Shown here one piece after another: positions 1-6,493 of a stretch of 30,924 nucleotides of DNA; the first letter of the stretch is position 1; each line of letters begins with the position of its first letter. The DNA comes from an uncultured archaeon. GTDB taxonomy: Archaea; Asgardarchaeota; Heimdallarchaeia; Heimdallarchaeales; Heimdallarchaeaceae. Location: contig CAZJUB010000029.1 in assembly GCA_964549075.1 (NCBI GenBank), positions 1-30,924 of the forward strand. The letters run 5' to 3'. A program made the translations under genes and the position numbers. The notes under the pieces were generated by a model. The model worked only from the letters and a program-made list of their open reading frames with translations. It did no database searches and was not told where the DNA came from.

Positions 1-711
1 TTTAGCTTTTGAAGGTATAAGTTTATCAACAGCATCAAAAATGACATCATAAGTTTCTTCTTTTGAAGTGAAATCTTCTTTAGTATAATCTAGAACTGTA
101 TCTGCACCTAAGGATTTCACCAAATCTAGATTTTTTGTACTACAAATACCTGTTACCTTTGCACCATAATATTTAGCTATTTGTACAGCAAATGTACCAA
201 CACTGCCTGATGCTCCATAGATCAAAACTTTCTGATCTTCTTGGATATTTGCTTTACGTAGAGTTACAAGAGCTGTAATAGCTCCTGATGCAAAACCTGC
301 TGCACTTTCTTCAATAGTTAAATTAGAAGGTTTTGGAGCTATTACTCCATCTTCAGAAAGACATACATATTCAGCATATGCTCCAAAATTGAAACCAGTG
401 GAAGCAAAAATCTGGTCTCCTTCTTTGAATTTTGTTACATTTTTTCCAGCAGCCTCAATAACTCCAGCTAATTCCATTCCTAAAATCCTTTTCTTAGACT
501 TCGGCTTTCTAAAACCTAGTATAACTCTCAACATTATCGATTGAAATTTCGAATCTGGATGCTTTCCCCTTCTTATTATCACATCACCTATCGTAACAGA
601 AGTCGCATGATTTTTTACTAAAATCTCATTATCTTTAGGAACTGGTTTCTCAACATTTTTTAACTTAAGAACTTCAGGAGTACCATATTGTTCAAAGACT
701 ACAGCTTTCAT
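1..711 (-). CDS. MDR-family NAD(P)-dependent oxidoreductase (quinone oxidoreductase / alcohol dehydrogenase-like), 3' end truncated by the window edge
   Basis: Not in the ORF track. Manual translation from ATG at 711: MKAVVFEQYGTPEVLKLKNVEKPVPKDNEILVK...ILGMELAGVIE...GAYAEY...VLIYGASGSVGTFAVQIAKYYGA...LGADTVLDY. GroES-like N-domain plus Rossmann GASGSVG motif; frame open to base 1. Confidence 0.9.
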   Translation of the reverse strand, partial: MKAVVFEQYGTPEVLKLKNVEKPVPKDNEILVKNHATSVTIGDVIIRRGKHPDSKFQSIMLRVILGFRKPKSKKRILGMELAGVIEAAGKNVTKFKEGDQIFASTGFNFGAYAEYVCLSEDGVIAPKPSNLTIEESAAGFASGAITALVTLRKANIQEDQKVLIYGASGSVGTFAVQIAKYYGAKVTGICSTKNLDLVKSLGADTVLDYTKEDFTSKEETYDVIFDAVDKLIPSKAK

Positions 712-731
712 GTTTTAAAAATAAGTGGAAG

Positions 732-1478
732 CTATTTAAGATATTTTCTCAATTTTTCTATCTCTTTATTTGCAGATTCTAAGGTTGGTACTTCAATATT
801 CTTTAATTGACCAAATATGAGAGGATTATCTTTAGCTGCTCTCCCAATCATTACTCCCCAACAACCAATTTTTTTCATCTCTTCTACATCTTTTTTAGTT
901 CTAATATCTCCGTTAGCTATGATTTTTTTCCCAGTCGTAACACATTCAGGGAAAACATTCCAATCAGCTTTAACATCATACGACTCTGAACGATATCTAG
1001 CATGAACTACAAAAAAATCAGCATCTACTTTTTCTATTAGCTTGATATACACTTTCTCTTTTTTCTCTCTCCAATTTACTCCAAGACGTAATTTAATATT
1101 AACATTAAAATCAAATCTCTTTATTAAATCAACTATTTTCATAACTTTTGTAGGTCTCTTTACCATTGCACTCCCAATGCCTTGTCGAACATAGGATTGA
1201 GAAGGACATCCTAAATTAAAATTAAAGCCTCTAAAACCTACTTCAGGAGCAAAACTGTTTAAGAACTTTTTGAGTTTCTCTTCATCTTTTCCCATAATCT
1301 GTATCATAGTAGGAGTATTGTCAGGTATTTTTATTCTCTCTAAAGCAGATTTGGTTCTCTTTGCAAGAGTTTCAAATCTTATTTGTTCTGTAAATGTAAG
1401 ATCTGCACCATATTTGTGACAGATAGATCTAAAACTAGCATCAGTTATCTTCTCCATAGGTGCAAGCATATACTCCAT
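732..1478 (-). CDS. dus: tRNA-dihydrouridine synthase family FMN protein (short, TIM barrel only)
   Basis: Dus motifs LAPM, NFNLGCP (catalytic Cys), GIGSAM, VHAR, IIANGDI, GVMIGRA. Confidence 0.9.
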   Translation of the reverse strand: MEYMLAPMEKITDASFRSICHKYGADLTFTEQIRFETLAKRTKSALERIKIPDNTPTMIQIMGKDEEKLKKFLNSFAPEVGFRGFNFNLGCPSQSYVRQGIGSAMVKRPTKVMKIVDLIKRFDFNVNIKLRLGVNWREKKEKVYIKLIEKVDADFFVVHARYRSESYDVKADWNVFPECVTTGKKIIANGDIRTKKDVEEMKKIGCWGVMIGRAAKDNPLIFGQLKNIEVPTLESANKEIEKLRKYLK

Positions 1479-1481
1479 AAT

Positions 1482-1500
1482 TATACATATTTTATGTATA
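1482..1500. promoter_or_regulatory. Perfect 8-bp inverted repeat, putative operator between the TATA-like box and the dus start codon
   Basis: TATACATA-TTT-TATGTATA, separated by 3 nt from the dus ATG (1478); minus-strand TTTTAAGA at ~1501-1508. Confidence 0.4.
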
Positions 1501-1568
1501 TCTTAAAACATTTTATCTTCCTTTCTTCTATTTTACATTTCTTATTGTTTGTATGTTCTCCATAGTTG

Positions 1569-2786
1569 CTATAAATTTTGAATTCTATAGAACTCTTCGA
1601 TTTTTTCTGCAAGGAATTTAATTTCTTTTTGTTTCATTATAGCGGGAGAAGGGAGATAAACAATCCCATCATTAAATTTTTTATGTTTTTGATCTCCTTC
1701 ATATGAGTGATTGAACATCTTATAAGTTGGATTTGTTATACATGGAATTTTATTTTCAGTAAGAAATTCTAGGAATTGGTCAACAAGACTATCTTCCATC
1801 AAGATTGTATTATATGGCGTTAAAACTGGATCTCCTCTATTCCAAGGGAAGAATTTGTGCAATAATTTTGGTGAAAAAGAATCATAAAATATTCTATATT
1901 TTCTTGTGTATAGAGCTTCCATTTTTTTATAATTATCTAAATTCTTATACATCGATTTTAACAAAGCATTAGAAGGCTTTAACATATAATTATAATGATT
2001 AAATCCTGGATTTTTAGTTCTATATGACTTAGTAAATTTAAGAAGACTGACGTTATTATTAAAAAAACCGACAATATCAAAGATATCAAAGAAAAAAGCT
2101 ATAAACAATCTGCTATTGTAGAAGAAATAAGTGGGAACTTTTTTAAGAAGATCTCCAAATCTCTTTCGTAGCTTTTCTGTTGGTGAAGTTTCAACTGTTC
2201 GTTTAACATCTTCGATTAATTCTTGATATTTATTTCTTATAAACATAAATCCTCCACCAAGTGCAATTGGTTTTTTATCCATACCCATAGAATAAATGGA
2301 AATATCAACTACTTCATTACTAAACTTTTTGTCTAAAGTTCCCCCTTGAACCCTATCTTCTATAATAATACAGTTATGTTTCTTCTTAAAATCAGAAAGT
2401 ACAGATAAATCCAAATCTTGTCCAAAAAGATGTGTTATAACGATTAGGTCACACCTATTAATGTCTGGGATTTTTGCAATCCCGTTATAATCTTTATTAA
2501 ATTCTATAATATGTATATTTTCAGGTTTTACAAAGCGCTCTAGAATATTCCTGAAGGATGTATGATGTAGAGGTGTTGTTGCAACCACTAAGTCCTTTCT
2601 GTTGTAATGGCACATACACGCTTCAAATAAAGCTCGACAAGAAAAACCTAATTGCATTGTATAATCTTTATTTTCTATCCATAGATCAAAAGTCTTGATT
2701 GTGAATAGATCAAAGAAATGTCTGAAAAAAGAGAAAAAACCAATTGGTAAGTAATCAGGAGCTGCTTTAATACTGTGCTGAGCCAT
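1569..2786 (-). CDS. DegT/DnrJ/EryC1/StrS-like PLP-dependent (fold type I) protein, divergent
   Basis: ITHLFGQ, IIEDRVQ (cf. IEDAAQ), IYSMGMDKK (cf. FSF..xK PLP-lysine region), ALGGG, C-terminal VYLP. Confidence 0.7.
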   Translation of the reverse strand: MAQHSIKAAPDYLPIGFFSFFRHFFDLFTIKTFDLWIENKDYTMQLGFSCRALFEACMCHYNRKDLVVATTPLHHTSFRNILERFVKPENIHIIEFNKDYNGIAKIPDINRCDLIVITHLFGQDLDLSVLSDFKKKHNCIIIEDRVQGGTLDKKFSNEVVDISIYSMGMDKKPIALGGGFMFIRNKYQELIEDVKRTVETSPTEKLRKRFGDLLKKVPTYFFYNSRLFIAFFFDIFDIVGFFNNNVSLLKFTKSYRTKNPGFNHYNYMLKPSNALLKSMYKNLDNYKKMEALYTRKYRIFYDSFSPKLLHKFFPWNRGDPVLTPYNTILMEDSLVDQFLEFLTENKIPCITNPTYKMFNHSYEGDQKHKKFNDGIVYLPSPAIMKQKEIKFLAEKIEEFYRIQNL

Positions 2787-2884
2787 TCTAATATTGTTCT
2801 TTTCAAGTTATTTAAAAGAATAATGCTGAAACTAAAGAAAAAATAAATGAAATAAAGAAAATTTGATAATATTCTTCTTACTAC

Positions 2885-4225
2885 TTATGTTAAAGGTTCC
2901 ATTATTTTTCTTTGTCTAAATTTCTTGAAATATTGATTAAATGATGATGGGAATTTGGTTGTATCTTTTAACAATAAATAGGGAAAAGCTGTTAAGAATC
3001 TTCCCAAAGCAGAAATTGCTAAAGCTATTATAACTGCTAATCTATATCCTTGAGAAGGTACTAGTGCATCTACAACATAACCGCAAGTTAAAGAACCAAA
3101 GAATTGTATTATCCCATTTCCCATATTAAATAAACCTATGTAGGTTCCTCCTGATTTTTCCGGGACAATATCAAATAGATAAGCTGTTAAACTAGGTAAT
3201 CCTAAAGTTGAAATCGAACTAACAAAGAAAACTGCAACTAGTAACTGCCATATTTCAGAAACAAAAATAAAAGTAAATGGAAAAAAAACAATGGTTAGTC
3301 TGTTCAAGAAGATCAATTTTGTTCTGCCGAATTTATCAGATAATTTTCCCCCTAAGCTTAAAAACAAGATGGCAGTAATGGCATAAATAGCATTAAAGAG
3401 TGATACATCTAAAACTGTACCGTTAAGAAACTCCTCATGTCTAAGAACAATAGGTATGAGTGGCCAAGTAAAAGCAAAGAAAAAACCATGAATCATAGAT
3501 ACGCCAAAAAATTTTCTAAAAGGTTTATTCTTCAAACATTCTTTGAATTTTTCAACTTTGATTGTTTCACCATTTATATCTTCCTTCCTTCTTTTCTTTG
3601 GTTCTTTTATTGTTAATAAAGGAAGAATACTCAAAACAGATATTCCTAAAGCTATTACTGTTGGTATCCATATATAATGCTGTACTTCTGTATCTTCTAA
3701 AGCCAAAGTAATTAAAAGCCCTGTTAGAATTAATGTAAATAAACGACCAATTGAATCGAAAATTAATATGTTTCCAGCTAATTTTGCCCTCACTTTTGGT
3801 GGAAAAAGAGAATTTTGAAGAGCTATCCAAGAAGGTGTTCCTAAGCTGATTAGAATATTAACAGCTGCTGTGATTAATATGATAAATATTGGGTTTGTTA
3901 TCCACCCAAGAAAAATATAAGGTAGGATCCAAAATAAACTCGATGTTATAACAAAAGGTAACCTCCTTCCAATAATATCTGATAACTTTCCAAAGAGAGG
4001 ATTAAGAAGTGTTGATAACAGATTAGTAATTGATTGAATCCATGCAAGAATAGAAGCTTTTGATCCCATATCTACAGCTATTAATCCAACAAAAGGAGTA
4101 ACTAAGCCTCCAGCCATTGCAGAAGCTGTAGTTTTAGAATAAAGGGCTGTTAATTCTTTTTTTGAAATTTTTTGATCTTTATGACTCTTAGGTACAATTG
4201 AATTAGTTTCTGCACTCTCAGACAT
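2885..4225 (-). CDS. MFS transporter
   Basis: About 12 hydrophobic segments; MFS motif A twice (FGKLSDIIGRR, GGKLSDKFGRT). Confidence 0.92.
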   Translation of the reverse strand: MSESAETNSIVPKSHKDQKISKKELTALYSKTTASAMAGGLVTPFVGLIAVDMGSKASILAWIQSITNLLSTLLNPLFGKLSDIIGRRLPFVITSSLFWILPYIFLGWITNPIFIILITAAVNILISLGTPSWIALQNSLFPPKVRAKLAGNILIFDSIGRLFTLILTGLLITLALEDTEVQHYIWIPTVIALGISVLSILPLLTIKEPKKRRKEDINGETIKVEKFKECLKNKPFRKFFGVSMIHGFFFAFTWPLIPIVLRHEEFLNGTVLDVSLFNAIYAITAILFLSLGGKLSDKFGRTKLIFLNRLTIVFFPFTFIFVSEIWQLLVAVFFVSSISTLGLPSLTAYLFDIVPEKSGGTYIGLFNMGNGIIQFFGSLTCGYVVDALVPSQGYRLAVIIALAISALGRFLTAFPYLLLKDTTKFPSSFNQYFKKFRQRKIMEPLT

Positions 4226-4353
4226 AAAGAATCTTCCTTTTCAAATTAAATTAGAACGAATCTATCTTGGTATAAAACATTTCGGTGATGCTAGTTAAGT
4301 TTAAAAGAGTGCTACTTATAATGAAAAACCAAATGTTTAGAGAAATTTTTGTG

Positions 4354-4361
4354 TTTATATA
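4354..4361 (+). promoter_or_regulatory. Archaeal TATA box for the ncRNA-TROVE unit
   Basis: TTTATATA lies at -29..-22 relative to G4383, the first base of structured element 1, which is canonical archaeal spacing. Confidence 0.55.
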
Positions 4362-4382
4362 TTCAAAACTTATTATGAGATA

Positions 4383-4460
4383 GGAGCTGCGAAGAAAGCA
4401 GTTACTTCGAAACACTCCCAAAACACACGTTTGATTATACTGCTTTCGCTTGTTCTCTCC
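4383..4460 (+). ncRNA. Putative TROVE-associated small RNA, copy 1 (vault RNA / Y RNA-like)
   Basis: GGAG(4383-86) pairs with CTCC(4457-60); perfect 9-bp helix GAAAGCAGT(4394-4402)/ACTGCTTTC(4439-47); TACTTCGA motif 4403-10; homologous to copy 2; directly upstream of a TROVE gene. Confidence 0.7.
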
Positions 4461-4523
4461 ATTATATTTCAATCTAACACTATTTCGCCACATTTAGAGG
4501 AGCCAGCTTTGATAATAAGATAC

Positions 4524-4598
4524 GGGAGCTACTTAGAAGGCGGATACTTCGACTGAATGCTCATTTCGTGAAAATGACCGCTTTCAAGTATACTCTCC
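4524..4598 (+). ncRNA. Putative TROVE-associated small RNA, copy 2 (vault RNA / Y RNA-like)
   Basis: GGGAG/CTCTCC terminal pairing; TACTT(4530-34)/AAGTA(4586-90), bulged A4535, GAAGGCGG(4536-43)/CCGCTTTC(4578-85); TACTTCGA 4545-52; internal hairpin TCATTT-CGTGA-AAATGA (4561-77). Confidence 0.7.
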
Positions 4599-4669
4599 TA
4601 ATAATAAACAAAACAGGTACAATTCATGACTTTTCTTGTCGAAGATCATGATACGGGGAGAAGGACTTT

Positions 4670-4675
4670 AGGAGG
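4670..4675 (+). promoter_or_regulatory. Shine-Dalgarno of the TROVE gene
   Basis: AGGAGG 10 nt before ATG 4686. Confidence 0.7.
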
Positions 4676-4685
4676 TTAAGTAAAA

Positions 4686-6287
4686 ATGAAATTAAATGTT
4701 AAAAATAAGCCAGATTATTTATCTAGAAGGGATATAACTCTCAATCACGAAGGAGAGATATCTTACCTTTGGTCTGACAAAATTGAGTTATTCAAACAAG
4801 TAGCAACATGCTTCTTTGGCGAACCAAAATTTTATACAAACAGCAAAACCTCTGCAGAAAATCTAATTCAAATCGCTATCAAAGTAGCAAAAGAAGATCC
4901 TGATTTTGTGTTGAGGTTAGCAATTAAAGCACGACATGAATATAATCTTAGAACTGTACCAATTGTTCTACTCAATATTGTAGTTAACACTAAAATTCAC
5001 CCAAATACTTACAAAGCTGTTGCAATGACTATTAGTAGAGCTGATGAGTTAACAGAAATTGTTGCAGCAGCTCAGTTATTCTCACGCAAAGATGGTAAGA
5101 ATAAGCTTATTCTTCCTCAAGCTATTAAGAAAGGAGTAGCATTAGCTTTCAACAAATTTGATTCTTATCAATTTGCAAAATACGATCGTAAAAACTATGA
5201 AATCACATTCTCCAATCTACTTGATTTGACTCACCCCAAACCTAAGAACAATGAACAGTCAACTATATTCAAATCCATAAGAGACAGATCTTTAGCTTCT
5301 CCAAATACTTGGGAAGTAATAATTTCAGTAAAAGGAAGCACTAGAGAGAACTGGGAGAAAGCACTTGAACAGATGCCTATCTTTGCTTTTCTAAGAAATC
5401 TGAGAAACCTAATGAAAAATGGTGTAAATTTTGAAGACAAATTAGTGGGTATTTTCCATAATGAGGAAATAATTAGAAAATCCAAATTACTACCATTTAG
5501 ATTCTATTCAGCTTTTCAAGAGATACTCAAATTTTCATATACTTCTAGTTACATCTCAAACATCGAAAAACACGGATATGGTGATAATAGTAAATTCAGA
5601 GACATACTCAATAAAACTAAGAATGCATTGAACAAAGCCTTGGAATTATCCATACCCAATATTTCAATTCCAGATGGTAGAAACTTGATATTGGTTGATT
5701 TATCAGGATCAATGGATTCTCCAATTTCAAGTAAAAGTACAATACGAAACCGAGATATTTCAGCACTATTTGGAGCTGTGCTCCATTCTAAACTTGGTGA
5801 TAGAAAAACATCTATTTGGGGATTTGGTGAAACAGCTAAGGAAATATATCTAGATGAAATGAACAAATTATCTTTGTTAGACAAAGCTAAAGCTATAGAA
5901 ACATTAAATGTAGGACATGCAACAAATGCACATCTACCAGTTCAAAACGTAACACAACAGAATAGGTATTTCGATAGAATCTTTATCTTTACAGATGAAC
6001 AGGTTTACGACAGTAGATATCCTTCTTACAATAGATCTAGAGGAGTTTTAAGAAATGCAATACTAAAATATCGAGAAGAACTTAATCCACAAGCTCAACT
6101 CTATATTTTCAATCTTGCTGGATATAGTACAGGTTCAATTATGCCTGAAGACGATGGTTTTACACATCTCATAGCTGGATGGTCGGATGCTATATTCAAA
6201 TTTATTGAAGTAAATGAGAGAAGTCACGAAGCTATACTCAAATCTATTTACGAAAATACTGATTATGAAAACTATACTATTTCTTAA
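4686..6287 (+). CDS. TROVE-domain RNA-binding protein with C-terminal vWA domain (Ro60/TEP1-p80 family)
   Basis: NHEG, LRTVP, RADE, FNKFDSYQFAKY, THPKP, TWE, MPIFAFLRNLRN, SKLLPFRFYSA; vWA MIDAS LVDLSGSM and FIFTDEQ; C-terminal IAGWSD. Confidence 0.93.
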   Translation: MKLNVKNKPDYLSRRDITLNHEGEISYLWSDKIELFKQVATCFFGEPKFYTNSKTSAENLIQIAIKVAKEDPDFVLRLAIKARHEYNLRTVPIVLLNIVVNTKIHPNTYKAVAMTISRADELTEIVAAAQLFSRKDGKNKLILPQAIKKGVALAFNKFDSYQFAKYDRKNYEITFSNLLDLTHPKPKNNEQSTIFKSIRDRSLASPNTWEVIISVKGSTRENWEKALEQMPIFAFLRNLRNLMKNGVNFEDKLVGIFHNEEIIRKSKLLPFRFYSAFQEILKFSYTSSYISNIEKHGYGDNSKFRDILNKTKNALNKALELSIPNISIPDGRNLILVDLSGSMDSPISSKSTIRNRDISALFGAVLHSKLGDRKTSIWGFGETAKEIYLDEMNKLSLLDKAKAIETLNVGHATNAHLPVQNVTQQNRYFDRIFIFTDEQVYDSRYPSYNRSRGVLRNAILKYREELNPQAQLYIFNLAGYSTGSIMPEDDGFTHLIAGWSDAIFKFIEVNERSHEAILKSIYENTDYENYTIS

Positions 6288-6297
6288 TCTTTTTTTC
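6288..6297 (+). terminator. Oligo-T archaeal terminator
   Basis: TCTTTTTTTC immediately after the TROVE stop codon. Confidence 0.5.
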
Positions 6298-6493
6298 GCC
6301 TTAATTGTAAGATATTTAACCAAGCTATTTTATGGATTATTAACTGCCAAAAGAGAGTGATATTATTACTACTGTAGAAGAGCGTACTTCTATTATTGAT
6401 GATCTAATTAAAACTTACAAGTATAGTACTGCCCTTGAGGAAATTAATGATTTAGAAGGATTACCTGCACTTACAGAAAAGCAGTTTGCAGAA

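Noticed and set aside
807-1565. Short plus-strand ORFs (807-989, 817-1005, 1383-1565)
   Set aside because: Antisense shadows of dus with no motifs.
4251-4493. 80-aa minus-strand ORF overlapping RNA copy 1
   Set aside because: No recognisable protein features, non-ATG start, and it overlaps the TATA box and a structured repeat better explained as RNA.
4502-4510. GCCAGCTTT resembles the 5' end of rodent vault RNA as I recall it
   Set aside because: A 9-nt match about 30 nt from the core motif, absent from copy 1 and with no pairing partner; likely chance.
4383-4660. CRISPR array or tRNA interpretation of the repeated elements
   Set aside because: Only two full degenerate copies with long-range end pairing, no identical repeats with unique spacers, no cas genes, and no cloverleaf or T-arm (GGTTCGA) sequence.
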